DNA of 63,490 bases, filler included, from Chiloscyllium plagiosum (taxonomy: Eukaryota): the NCBI RefSeq assembly GCF_004010195.1. It is 4 parts of one record of this genome, joined end to end, with 100 filler letters (N's around TTAATTAATTAA, not from the genome) between each part and the next. Parts side by side here need not be neighbours in the genome. Positions count along the whole stretch, not along the records: positions 25,287 to 52,392 come from NC_057710.1; 3 more parts are not named here. One strand, 5' to 3'. This document shows, one piece after another, positions 39,633 to 52,492 of the stretch (position 1 is the stretch's first letter; each line of letters opens with the position of its first letter). Both the position numbers and the translations under genes were made by a program. The notes under the pieces were generated by a model. That model was not told where the DNA came from, made no database searches, and saw only the letters and a program-made list of their open reading frames with translations.

Positions 39633-40097
39633 CAGTTGGGAAAAGAAGTGAGCCAAACTGTCAGGGCAGGCAGAGACAAGGTAGGACTGATAAATTAAAT
39701 TGCATTTATTTCAATGCAAGGGGCTTAACAGGGAAGGAAGATGAACTCAGGACATGGTTAGGAACATGGGAATGGGATATCATAGCAATTACAGAAACAT
39801 GGCTCAGGGATTGACAGCTTAATGTTCCAGGATACAAATGCTACAGGAAGGACAGAAAGGGAGGCAAGAGAGGAGGAGGAGGAATGGCATTTTTGATAAG
39901 GGATAGCATTATAGCTGTGCTGAGGGAGGATATTCCTGGAAATACATCCAGGGAAGTTATTTGGGTGGAACTGAGAAATAAGAAAGGGATGATCACCTTA
40001 CTGAGATTGTATTATAGACCCCTAATAGTCAGAGGGAAATTGAGAAACAAATTTGTCAGGAGATCTCAGTTATCTGTAAGAATAATAGGGTGGTTAT

Positions 40098-40570
40098 GAT
40101 TAGGTTAGATTCCCCATGGTGTGGAAACAGGCCCTTCAGCCCAACAAGTCCACACCGACCCTCTGAAGAGTAGAAAATGTGTTGCTGGAAAAGCGCAGCA
40201 GGTCAAGCAGCATCCAGGGAACAGGGGAATCGACGTTTCTGGCATAAGCCCTTCTTCAGTTCCATGGATGCTGCCTGACCTGCTGCGCTTTTCCAGCAAC
40301 ACATTTTCAGCTCTGATCTCCAGCATCTGCAGACCTCACTTTCTCCTCTGAAGAGTAACCCACCCAGACCCATTTCCATCTGACTAATGCACCTAACACT
40401 GACCTGTGAATTTCCTGACCTGCACATTATTGGACTGTGTGAGGAAACCCACACAGACACTGGGAGAATGTGCAAACTCCACACAGACAGTCATTCAAGG
40501 CTGGGATTGAACCTGGGACCCTGGTGCTGTGAGGTAGCAGTGCTAACCACTGAGCCACCATGCCACCCAA
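40098..40570 (-). mobile_element. HE1-type V-SINE inserted in CR1 ORF2
   Basis: Minus strand ggcatggtggctcagtggttagcactgct...ggttcaatccc; tail gggaatctaacctaatc. Confidence 0.85.
40173..40344. mobile_element. PLE family B fold-back mini element inside the SINE
   Basis: Inverted arms; 13 bp TSD cctctgaagagta (40160-40172, 40345-40357). Confidence 0.85.
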
Positions 40571-43119
40571 CAGTATCCCCTATGATAGGGGATTTTAACT
40601 TTCCAAATATAGACAGGGACTGCCATATTGTTAAGGGTTTAGATGGAGAAGAATTTGTTAAGCATGTACAAACATTTTTTATGATTCAGTATGTGGATGT
40701 ACCTACCAGACAGGATACAAAACTTGACCCACTCTTGGGAAATAAGGCAAGGCTGGTGACTGAGGTGTCAGTGGGGGAGCACTTTGGAGCCAAAAATTTA
40801 AAATAGTGATGGAAAAAGATAGACCAGATCTAAAAGTGCAAGTTCTAAATTGAAGAAAGGCCAAATTCGACATTATTAGGCAAGGACTTTCAAAAGTCCT
40901 TTGGGCACAGATATTCGCAGGTAAAGGGATGGCTGGAAATTGGGAAGCCTTCAGAAATGAGATAACGAGAATCCAGAGACATTATATTCCAGTTAGGGTG
41001 AAAGAAAAGGCTGGTAGGCATAGAGAATGCTGGATGACTAAAGAAATTGAGGATTTGGTTAAGAAAAACAAGGAAGCATATGTCGGGTATAGACAGGATA
41101 GATCAAGTGAATCATTAGAAGAGTATAATTAAGAGGGAAATCAGGAGGGCAAAAAGGGGACATGAGATACCTTTGGCAAATAGAGTTAAGGAGAATCCAA
41201 AGGGTTTTTACAAATACATTAAGGACAAAGAGTAATTAGGGAGAGAATAGGGCCCCTCAAAGACCAGCAAGGCGGCCTTTGTGTGGAGCCACAGAAAATG
41301 GGGGAGATACTAAATGAGTATTTTGCATCAGTATTTACTGTGGAAAAGGATATGAAAGATAAAGGGAAATAGAGGGTGACACCTTGCAAAATGTCCAAAT
41401 TACAGAGGAGGAAGTGCTGGATGTCTTGAAATGCACAAAGGTGGATAAATCCCCAGGACCTGATCAGGTGTACTCCAGAACTCTGTGGGAAGCTAGAAGA
41501 GTGATTGCTGAGATATTTATATCATTGATAGTCTATGAACAGGTGAGGTGCCGGAAGACTGGAGTTTGGCTTATGTGGTGCCACTATTTAAGAAAGGTGG
41601 TAAGGACAAGCCAGGGAACTATAGACCAGCGAACCTGACATTGTTGATGGGCATGTTGTTGGAGGGAATTCTAAGAGACAGGATATGCATGTATTTGGAA
41701 AGGCAAGGACTGATTAGGGATAGTCAACATGGCTTTGTGTGTGGGAAATCATGTCTCATAAACTTGACTGTGTTTGTTTTGAAAAAGCAACAAAGAGGAT
41801 TGATGAGGGCAGAGCGGTAGACATGATCTATATGGACTTCAGTAAGGCATTTGACCAGGTTCCCCTTGTTTCTCAGACTGGAGGCCTGTGACCAGTGGAC
41901 TGCCACAAGGATCGGTGCTGGGTCCACTACTTTTCGTCATTTATGTAAATGATTTGCACGTGAGCATAAGCAGTATAGTTAGTAAGTTTGCAGATGACAC
42001 CAAAATTGGAGGTGTCGTGGACAGCGAAGAAGATTACCTCAGACTAAACAGGATCTTGATCAGACGGACCAATGGGCTGAGGAGGGGCAGATGGATTTGG
42101 ATAAATGCGAGGTGCTGCATTTTGGGAAAGCAAATCTTAGCAGGACTTATACCCTTATTGGTAAGGTCCTAGGGATTGTTGCTGAACAAAGAGACCTTGG
42201 AGTACAAGTTCATAGTTCCTTGAAAGTAGAGTCACAGGTCGATAGGACAGTGAGGAAGGTGTTTGGTGTGCTTTCTTTTATTGGTCAGAGTATTGAGTAT
42301 AGTTGGTCAGAGTATTGAGTACAGGAGTTGGGAGGTCATGTTGTGGCTGTACAGGGCATTGGTTAGGCCACTTTTGGAATATTGCATGCAGTTCTGGCCT
42401 CCTTCCTATCGGAAAGATGTTGTGAAACTTGAAAGGGTTCAGAAAAGATTTACACGGATGTTGCCACGGTTGGAGGATTTGAGCTATAGGGAGAGACTGA
42501 ACAGGCTGGGGCTGTTTTCCTTGGAGCTTTGGAGGCTGAGTGGTGACCTTTTAGAGGTTTATAACATCATGAAGGACATGGATAGAATAAATAGACAAGG
42601 TCTTTTCCCTGGGGTAGGCAATTCCAGAACTAGAGGGCATAAGTTTAGGGTGAGAGGGGAAATATATAAAAGAGACCTAAGGAGCAACTTTTTCATGCAG
42701 AGGGTGGTGTGTGTGTGGAATGGGCTGCCAGAGGAAGTGGTGGAGGCTGGTACAATAGCAACATTTTAAAGGCATCGAGATGGGTATATGAATAAGAAGG
42801 GTTTGGAGGGATTTGGGCTGGCTGCTGGCAGGTGAGACTAGATTAGGTTGGGATATCTGGTCAGCATTGACAGGTTGGACTGAACGGTCTGTTTCCATGC
42901 TGTACATCTCTGTGACTCTTTGACTCTAATTCAGTCTCCCTCTATAACTCAAATTCACTTGTCCTGGCAACAGCTTTGTAAATCCTTTCTGTGCCCTCTC
43001 AGGTTTTATAACATCCTTCCTGTAGAAGAGCGATCAGAATTGTACGAATAGTCTAAAAGTGACCTCATAACGTCCTGTATATCCACATCACAATGACTCA
43101 ATTCCTATACTCAATGTTC

Positions 43120-44770
43120 CGATCAGGCAGACTAGTTAGTACGATTAGTTCACATGGGATCCAGGGGGAGCTAGATAATTGGATACCAAAGTGCTTTGAA
43201 GGTAGGAGACAGAGGGTGGTGGAGGAGGGTTGCTTTTCGGTCTGGAGGCCTGTGACCAGAGGTGTGCTGCAAGGATCAGAGCTGGGTCCAGTACTTTTTG
43301 CCATTTCTATAAATCTATTTGACTTGAATATAGGAGGTATGCTCAGTAAGTTTGCAGACGACATCAAAATTGGTGGTGTACTGGACAGTGAAGAAAATTA
43401 TCTCAGAGTATATGGGCCTTGACAAATGGGCCAATGAGCCAATGAATGGCAGACGGAGTTTACATAGAACATAGAGCATAGAACATTACAGCACAGTACA
43501 GGTCCTTTAGCCCTCGATTTTGCACCAACCTGTGGAACCAATCTGACCCCTATCCATCCTATACTATTCCATTTTCATCCATCTGTTTATCCAATGACCA
43601 CTTAAATGCTCTTAAAGTTGGCAAGTCTACTACTGTTTCAGGCAGTGTGTTCCACGCCCTTACTACTCTCTGAGTAAAGAAACTATCTCTGACATCTGTC
43701 CTATATCTATCAGCCCTCAATTTATAGTTATTTCCCCTCATGCTAGCCATCACCATCTGAGGCAAAAGGCTCTCATTGTCCACCCTATCTAACCCTCCGA
43801 TTATCTTATATGTCTCAATTAAGTCGCTTCTCAACCTCCCTCTAGTCCCTCAGCCTTTCTTCATAAGACTTTCCCTCCATACTAGGCAACATCCTAGTAA
43901 ATCTCCTCTGAACCCTTTCCAAAGCTTCCACGTCCTTCCTATAATGTGGTGACCATGCAATACTCCAAGTGTGGCCACACCAGAGTTTTGTACAGCTGCA
44001 GCATGACCACATGGCTGTGAAACTCAGTCCCTCTACCAATAAAAACTAACACACCGTATGCCTTCTTAACAACCCTATAAGCCTATGTGGCAACTTTCAT
44101 GGATCTATCTACATGGACACCATGATATCTCTGTTTATCTACATGACAAGAATCTTACCATTAGCCCAATACTGTGCATTCCTGTTACTCCTTTGAAAGT
44201 GAATTACCTCAAACTTTTCTGCATTAAACACCATTTGCCACCTTTCAGCCCAGCTCTGCAGCTTATCTATGTCCCTCTGTAACCTACAACATCCTTCAGA
44301 ACTATCCACAGCTCCACCAACCTTACTGTCATCCACAAATTTATTAACCCATCTTTCTACACCCTCATCCAGGTCACAGACAGCAATGGCCCCAAAACTG
44401 ACCCCACAGATCCTTGTGATATACCACTAGTAATTGATCTCCAGGATAAACATTTCCCATCAACCACCACCCTCTGTCTTCTTTCAGGTAGCCAATTTCT
44501 GATCCAAACCACTAAATGACCCTCAATCTCATGCCTCTGTATTTTGTGCAATAGCCTACTGTGGGGAATCTTATCAAACACCTTACTGAAATACAGAAAT
44601 TCAGAAAATTTAGGAAAATATGAGATGTTGCATTTTGCTGATGCAAAGCAGGGCAGAACTTTTACAATTAATGGTAGAGCCAAAGAGTGTGTTGCTGTAC
44701 AAAGAAACCCGGGGTCAAGTTCATTGTTCCTTGAAAGTGCAGTTGCAGATAGACAGGGTGGTGACAAATT
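43120..44770. mobile_element. Plus-strand CR1 RT fragment interrupted by a minus-strand CR1 (43462-44595)
   Basis: + strand: RRQRVVEEG...FADDIKIGG, resuming YEMLHF at ~44600. - strand: FDKIPH...ISQGS, LERVQRRFTRMLP, FFTQRVVRAWN. Confidence 0.85.
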
Positions 44771-44873
44771 TCTGGCAAGGAATTGCAATTCCAAATTATC
44801 AAGTGCTTTACCTCTCAGTTCATTACTTTATCATGATCTTATATTTTAATTTTTAAATAGGCCAGTCAAAACA

Positions 44874-45090
44874 AAAGTTGAAACTTTATTGCTGGAACAG
44901 CACAGCAGGTCAGGCAGCATCCAGGGAACAGGAGATTCGACGTTTCGGGCACAGGCCCTTCTTCAGGAAGAAGGGCCTGTGCCCGAAACGTCGAATCTCC
45001 TGTTCCCTGGATGCTGCCTGACCTGCTGTGGTGTTCCAGCAATAAAGTTTCAACTTTGATCTCCAGCATCTGCAGACCTCACTTTCTCCT
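44874..45090. mobile_element. Young PLE family B fold-back mini element
   Basis: 91 bp inverted arms (44874-44964, 44967-45057) with one mismatch; 16 bp TSD cagtcaaaacaaaagt. Confidence 0.92.
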
Positions 45091-46741
45091 CAGTCAAAAC
45101 AAAAGTCTCAGAATTGCAGGCTAACTTTTATTTAACAAGAATATTGTTGACAGGATCTTTTTTAATTTGTTTCAAACTTGGAAATCCTAAGGCAAAGTAA
45201 TGAGGATAGAAATTTAATGAAACATGACTTTTCCCACATTCAGTGTTAATTGTATCTTGGAAATTAGTGTTCCCCAGATGAAACAAGGAGGAATGTTATA
45301 AAAATCACCCTTTGTAACCTTGGACCACATGCTGTTATGGTCTCTGTCCATCCTTACCCTCCAAACTGGCTAAAACGTTGAGTGAGGAGTCCATTCAGGC
45401 AAAGAATCCCTGCTCTGCAACAACTTAAAGGCCAATTGGCTGTTCATTGCCAGAGGCAGGATTACAGGTACTCAGGCACAGGGGGCCCCACCCCACTAAG
45501 CCAAACAGAGGCTGACAGCTCTTGATGTTCCAATTGCACCAATGAGAGTGGTACCCATTGCTTGTACTGCAGTCAGCAATGAGGAGGTGGAACTTTGTAA
45601 TTGCAGTCAAAGAAGTGGTAGCAGAGGTGAAGAGGGCATGAAATCCTGGAACTCCACCTTTAATTTCACTGCAGATACACACAGACTACAGCAGTTCAAG
45701 AAGACACTTCATCACCACTCCCTCAAGGAACTGTTACCGATGGGCAATAAGTGCTGGCCTAGCTAGAAACACCTAAGAACACACTCAACCCATAATCAAC
45801 TGAATAAAAAAGCTAGGTATCAGAAAGCTAGGTGCAGAAAAGAAACAGAAAATCTGGTTTTACTTATTGAACTGTAACTTTTCAAATGATTGGATTTGTT
45901 TTATGTGATGTTGCTTTGATATGGTTATGCCACATCATACTGTACTAGCACTTATACAATCTTATTACTTCCCTTCTCAAGGATGCTTTGCAACATAGTG
46001 ATATAGAAAACAGCAGCCAATTTAGACACAAGAATATCCACCAAGCTTAAAATAGCATACCAAAAAACAGGTTGATTTTTTTTACAGAAAGACGTTATGA
46101 CCAAAATAGATTTTGCAAATATTTGCTGGGAATTTTGTTTTACTGGCATTGCAAGAAGAAAATCAGAATCAGAAAGAAGGGAGTAAATTTATTACCATTG
46201 ATAAATAGCAAAGAAGATACTTGGTGAAAGCAATTTGCCAGCACACTGAACCTAGTAAAGGTAGTGTGTAAACATTTCAGCTGCAAATTATCTAATCAGG
46301 ACAGCCCAAAATAAGACAATATGTGAAACAACATTGGAAACATGAATACAAAATTGTCTATGCATCATTGTGCTTGTTGTTCATTGTTCAAGTAAAGTGA
46401 CACTGTTAAGATTGACTTCTCAAAAACAAAACTGGATTTCAAAGAGGTTTAGTGGACATAAAGATTGGACACTTTTGATATCTCACTCAGCTACAGCTTT
46501 GACCTGATCATAACAAATGCAGAGCACAATGAAACTCTTCTAACAAAAAAAAATGTTGACTTAATTCTATTTAGGCCTGTGACTAGTAGGGATCAGGTGG
46601 CTATTCCCCTTCTGAGAAGAGTTTGTTTGAAAGATCTGAAAAGAATACTATTCAAAGGAAATCAACTGACTGTTTTTCTAACTACTCAGCCCTTTCATGA
46701 ACTGGCTCAAAGCTGCTTTGTTCAGGAAGTAAAACTAGCCA

Positions 46742-47000
46742 GCTGTGGCTCACTGGTAGCTCTCTTGTCTGTGAGTCATCAGACAGTCGGGTCAAGTCCC
46801 ACTTCAAGGTCTTGAGCTCAGAACTAGACTGACACGCGAGTACAATGTCGAGGGAGTGCTAGTTGGAGGTGTTGTCTTTCAGGTGAGATATTGAACATCT
46901 GCCATTGCAGATGGACGTAAAATCCTATAGATATTTCAAACCACACAATACCTTGTTGAGGAGCAGTGAACCAGCTCTCCCTGGGTTGATTACCTGCTCC
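46742..47000 (+). mobile_element. Deu-domain (SacSINE1-like) tRNA-derived SINE, decayed
   Basis: tggctcactggtagc A box, gggtcaagtccc B box, gagggagtgct...ggaggtgttgtctttcaggtgagatattgaac...ggacgtaaaatcc; recalled resemblance to the Deu domain. Confidence 0.6.
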
Positions 47001-47199
47001 CTGGTTGGTCACAGTAAGGTTAATTTTATACCCCATTCTGAGACCCAACTGAACTTATATTTTAAAAGAATCCAATTTAGCCAGGCTTTCTTGAATCAAG
47101 AGAATATTTACTAATGCAAAATGAATTGAATTCTAACACACAGATGAAAAATAAAATATCAGTCCAAAATGATACAAGTTAACAAAAACATCAGTTACC

Positions 47200-49420
47200 A
47201 AATTAGTTGTAAAGAGCAGGTAGTTGAATATTGTGAACATTTCAGTGGTTGACGTTGATAGTTCAACAGTTGATGTTGAGCTCCCTGGTTTTATTGGTTC
47301 ATTAGAAACTCTTCAGTCTGGAATCCTTTTGATAACAGCTGACTGGTAGTACACAGAGTGATTTAATTTCTCCTCTGCCTTTTGCCTGCTGTACAAGGGT
47401 GTTTAAATGGCTATTCAGAGAGCTGTAACCCCCACTGCACTCTCGTACATGCTCTTGGACATCAGGCCACTGAGACACATACATCAGAAGTGAAGCTCAC
47501 TTTTTAACTCATTTTGTATCCCTGTAAAGGTAAAGCTCAAATGCTGCAGAAAATGGCTCCCTGATGAGAAGGGTTTAGGTGGTTAGTCTTTCATTATCAT
47601 CTCTTGTTTTGGATTTCTATCTGAAGTTTCCCTGACTCTGTAGAGATGTGTCAGTCCAGAATTTCTCTCTCAGCAACTCCTGAATTAGCATTCACAGTAA
47701 TCTTGGTTGTATCAGTCCTTTCAAATTTTGTAATTAAAGTGCAAGAGATTATTCTAGATCATGCCACTTCTCCCCATGGCAAGTGAAATTAGATTCATTC
47801 TCATTTCATTACAAAAAGGAGAGAAACTATGAATAAAACAACAGACACATTCACAAATTCATCCATTTCTCTTGCATTGTTCAATTATATCTCTTCAGTT
47901 CTAATTGGGTGCTTCCAGTTCCTGGTGAGGGTGTCTGCAATCACATTTGATGTCCTGGCAATGGGAATAATTTTTAAGTGGTTGAGTTCAAGGTACAAAC
48001 TCCATTGGAATAATCTGGCAAACTGGATCTTGAACTTTTCCAAGAAAGTCAGAGCTTGCTGTCAATGTTGATTGTGGTCTCTCTGCACCTACTTTGGATA
48101 TATATCACCAAGTGTTTAAGAGTCAGTAATAAGCCAAGGTTTTCCTCCTTTACCATGGAGCACCATTCCTGAGGCTGGTACAATTTTGTTTGGAGAAGTA
48201 CTAGATTGATCTATTCTGGATTCATCTTGCCACAGGAAAGCTGTACCAACGCTAGTTTCACTATTTTTAAAGTGTCTATTTCAAACACTTGGTTAAAATT
48301 CAAAGCTGCAAACATAGGCTTGATTATGATAATAGCCTTTAGATTTTCAACGTCTGTCTGGCTTTCTCATTCATGTAACCTTTGCTTCATTCTGTATTAG
48401 GATTGTCAGTGGCACAGTTACCATGCTGAAGTTTGGGATGAAATTTCAATAGAATCCACGCATTCCAAACAATCTCAGGATGTTCTGTTTTGTTGTGAGA
48501 AAGGGGAACTGCTTCAACCTTTGCAGACCTGACCAGTAATCATCAAACATTAACAGTTGGAGAAAAGTCACTTGGACCTCAGTGAATGTGTCTTTATAAG
48601 ATTGACCACTAGGTCAACTGACTTTATTTCCTGGAGGAGGGCTCCAGTCACTTTATGTATGCTTCTCAAACATTGGCGTAGACCCAAAAGTCATCTAGAT
48701 CCAATAGAAAATTAGATAGGCCTACCATTATCTGGTTCAGCAACATTTGCAAGAGGGCTAGGGGATTTCATAATCCTTATGTCATGGCTCAACATTGGTA
48801 TAACTCATCTGAAGTTACAACAATGTAAATTTCCTTGACTCAGGCAATCAAAGGATCCTACCAGTACCTCTTAAACAAATCTATCGTTGTAATGTTGGCT
48901 GTTTGACCTACCCTATCTATAAAATCCTCTAGCCATGATATTGAATAAGAGTCAGCTATGGTCATTGCATTAACTTTTCAGTAGTTAATGTAATGTTTCC
49001 TTGGTGCACCACTAAAATGATAGTCAGCCTGAGATGCAGCATTGAAGTGCAGATGTGCCCTGTAAATGGATCAGAGATTTACCATGAAGACTCTTAGAGG
49101 CTGGCAGTGTCCATGAATTGTGATGTGTGTGACTGATGCCCATGGAGTGGGGCTTGAGATAAGTGTCTGTTTCCGAGCATAGATTCATTTGGAGAAAACA
49201 ACAAGCCCTTTAATTTTTTTAGCTCCAGTCTCAGCAACCTCCTTTCTGACATTAAAAGGGTATCTTGGGGCATTTTCAGATGTCTTTTGACTGGCTACTT
49301 GCCTTCCTTTAATTCCAGAATTCTCTATCTTATTTGAGATATGGCAATGACAGAAGAAAGGCTTCACAGAAAAATGATCGGCTCATAATCTTCAGGCATT
49401 TTTGCTTTCTGACTTTCAGT
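47200..49420 (-). mobile_element. Decayed Ty3/Gypsy LTR retrotransposon (RT, RNase H, PPT, probable 3' LTR)
   Basis: Manual minus-strand translation: NY*KVNAMTIADSYSISWLEDFIDRVG...IDLFKRYW; DLDD at 48690-48701; LRLFGMRGFY*NFIPNFSMVTVPLT; FQWSLYLE...NVIADTLTR ending ~47920; ggggagaag PPT at 47767-47775 followed by TG. The far LTR boundary is uncertain. Confidence 0.8.
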
Positions 49421-49649
49421 TGTAACATTCTGTTCTTCAAAATGTATTTGTATTGCAAAATGCAATGAGTTATTTTAATTTTTCCAAGAGAATTATTTCT
49501 CTCAGAGCCTCATGAGTGGAATATACATTTTTTGCCCTTACACATTCAATGATGGTCTGCCTGGGCTGTATACTCAAATGTTAAAACTGTTGTCTATGTC
49601 CTCCACAATTGTGTATAAATCTAATGTGTTCTACGTGTAAAATTGCTTT

Positions 49650-50420
49650 GCATAGAGTCACAGGGATGTATAACATGGAAACAGATCCTTCAGTCCAACT
49701 CATCCATGCCAGCCAGATACTCTACATTGATCTAATCCCATTTGCCAGCATCTGTCCGATATCACTCTAAACATTTCCTATTCATATATCCATCAGATGC
49801 CTTTTAAATGTTGTAATTATACCAGGCTTCACCAACTCCTCTGGCAGCTCATTCCATGCACCCCCTTCTGCATGAGAAAGTTGTCCCTTTGGTCCCTCTC
49901 ATATCTTTTCCCTCTCATCTTAAACTTACCCCCTAGTCTTGGACTCCTTTACACTGGGGAAAAGATCTTGACTGTTCACCTCATCTGTACCCCTCATGAT
50001 CTTATAAACTTCTATAAGGTCACCCCTCATCCTCTGATGCTTCAGGGAAAGTAGCACCAACCTATTCAGTCTCCCCCAATAGCTCAAACCTTCCAATCCT
50101 GACAACATCCTTGCAAATCTTTTCTGAACCATTTCAAGTTTCTTGCCTATAGCAGGGAGACCAGAATTGAGTGCAGTATTCCAAAAGTGGTCGAACCAAT
50201 GTCTTGTATGGCTGCAACATGACCTCCCAACTCCTATATTCAATGCACCCATCAATAAAAGCAAACATACCTGTCACCTTCTTCACTATCCTGTCTCCCT
50301 GTGACTCCACTTTCAAGGATCTATGGACCTGCACCCCAAGGTCTCTTTGTTCGGCAACACTCCCCAGGCGCTCACCATTAAATGTATAAGTCCTGCCCTG
50401 ATTTCCCCTCACAAAATGCT
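49650..50420 (-). mobile_element. CR1 3' portion
   Basis: EQRDLGVQVHRSLK...LLEYCTQFWSP; 3' gactctat. Confidence 0.88.
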
Positions 50421-50837
50421 GGGTAAGAAATAATTTTTCTTTGGACACTTCAAATGTTTTGCTACTTTCTCACATGACGTAAAGAATGTCATCACATCCT
50501 TTCTCTCAAATTTTGGTAAGGCATGTCAAACTTAAACATTTTTTGCTGGACTTTAGGTTATGTCTGGAGCTTTCCTCATCAGAGCCTTCTTTAGTATCTG
50601 AGAACCTTTTTTTTAACTCAATCATTTTAACCTGGTATTGCCTATCTCCTTATCATCTCGTTCTCTTTCCTGAAATGTTCATTGTTTGGCTTTATCTTCT
50701 CGACAAAATTCAAGTTCAGGTTTCCACATCTCCACTTCCTATATTTTATATTCATTTTCTATCTCAAGCTAATTGTAATTGAACCTATGCTAACTTAAAT
50801 AACCTATCACTTGCTGTAAATCCCTTCTGTATTTCTA

Positions 50838-52392
50838 CTTGTGGGAAATAAGGCAGGGCAGGTGACTGAGGTGTCAGTGGGGGAGCACTTTGGGGCCAGC
50901 TACCATAATTCTACTGGATTTATAATAACAATGGAAAAGGAAAGACCAGATCTAAAAGTTGAAGTTCTAAATTGGAGAAAGGCCAATTTTGACGGTATTA
51001 GGCAAGAACGTTTGAAAGCTGATTGCGAGCAGATGTTCGCAGGTAAAGGGATGGTTGGAAAATGGGAAGCCTTCAGAAATGAGATAATAAGAATCCAGAG
51101 AAAGTATATTCCTGTCAGGGTGAAAGGAAAGGCTGGTAGGTATAGGGAATGCTGGATGACTAAAGAAATTGAGGATTTGCTTTAGAAAATATGTGAGGTA
51201 TAGACAGGATAGATCGATTGAATCGATAGAAGAGTATAAAGGCAGTAGGAGTATATTTCAGAGGGAAATCAGGAGGGCAAAAAGGAGTCATGAGATAGCT
51301 TTGGCAAATAGAATTAAGGAGAATCCAAAAGGTTTTTACAAATATGTTAAGGACAAAAAGTGTAGCTAGGGAGAAAATAGGGCCCCTCAAAGATCAATAA
51401 GGCGGCCTTTGTGTGGAGCTGCAGAAAATGGGGGAGATACTAAATGAGTATTTTGCATCAGTATTTACTGTGGAAAAGGATATGGAAGAGATAGGCTGTA
51501 GGGAAATAGATGGTGACACCTTGCAAAATGTCCAGATTACAGAGGAGGAAGTGCTGGATGTCTTGAAATGCACAAAGGTGGATAAATCCCCAGGACCTGA
51601 TCAGGTGTACCCTAGAACTCTGTGGGAAGCTAGAGAAGTGATTACTGGGCCTCTTGCTGAGATATTTGTATCATCAATAATCACAGGTGAGGTGCTGGAT
51701 GTCTGGAGGTTGGCAAACGTGGTGTTACTGTTTAAGAAGGGCGGTAAGGACAAGCCAGGGAACTATAGACCACTGAGCCAGATGTCGGTGGTGGGCAAGT
51801 TGTTGGAGGGAATACTGAGGGGCAGGTTGTACCTGTTTTTGGAAAGGCAAGTACTGATTAGGGATAGTCAACATGGCTTTGTGCATGGGAAATCATGTCT
51901 CACAAACTTGTTTGAGTTTTTTGAAGAAGTAACAAAGAGGATTGATGAGGACAGAGCGGTAGAGGTGATCCACATGGACTTCAGTAAGGCGTTCAACAAG
52001 GTTCCCCATGGGAGACTGATTATCAAGGTTAGATCTCATGGAATACAGGGAGAACTAGCCATTTGGATACAGAACTGGCGCAAAGGTAGAAGACAGAGGG
52101 TGGTGGTGGGGGGTTGTTTTTCAGACTGGAGGCCTGTGACCAGTTGAATGCCACAAAGATCGGTGCTGGGTCCTCTATTTTTTGTCATTTACATAAATGA
52201 TTTGGATGCGAGCATAAGAGGTACAGTTAGTAAGTTTGCAGATGACACCAAAATTGGAGGTGTAGTGGACAGCGAAGAGGGTTACCTCAGATTACAACAG
52301 AATCCGGACCAGATGGGCCAATGAGCTGAGAAGTGGCAGATGGAGTTTAATTCAGACAAATGCGAGGTGCTGCATTTTGGGAAAGCAAATCT
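50838..52392 (+). mobile_element. CR1 ORF2 middle and RT, runs into a gap
   Basis: 244 aa ORF: KSPGPDQVYP...PGNYRP...QHGFVHGKSCLTNL...DFSKAFNKVPH. Confidence 0.92.
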
Positions 52393-52492
52393 NNNNNNNN
52401 NNNNNNNNNNNNNNNNNNNNNNNNNNNNNNNNNNNNTTAATTAATTAANNNNNNNNNNNNNNNNNNNNNNNNNNNNNNNNNNNNNNNNNNNN

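Larger units (their letters stand above)
37760..42928 (+). mobile_element. Near full-length CR1 (HER1-like) LINE
   Basis: ~630 bp 5' UTR, ORF1 38389-39324, ORF2 remnants (APE LNCIYFNARGL...AITETWL; RT PQGSVLGP, FADDTK), 3' gactct repeats. Confidence 0.93.

Noticed and set aside
46465..46815. 116 aa ORF
   Set aside because: No recognisable homology, and it ends inside a SINE head.
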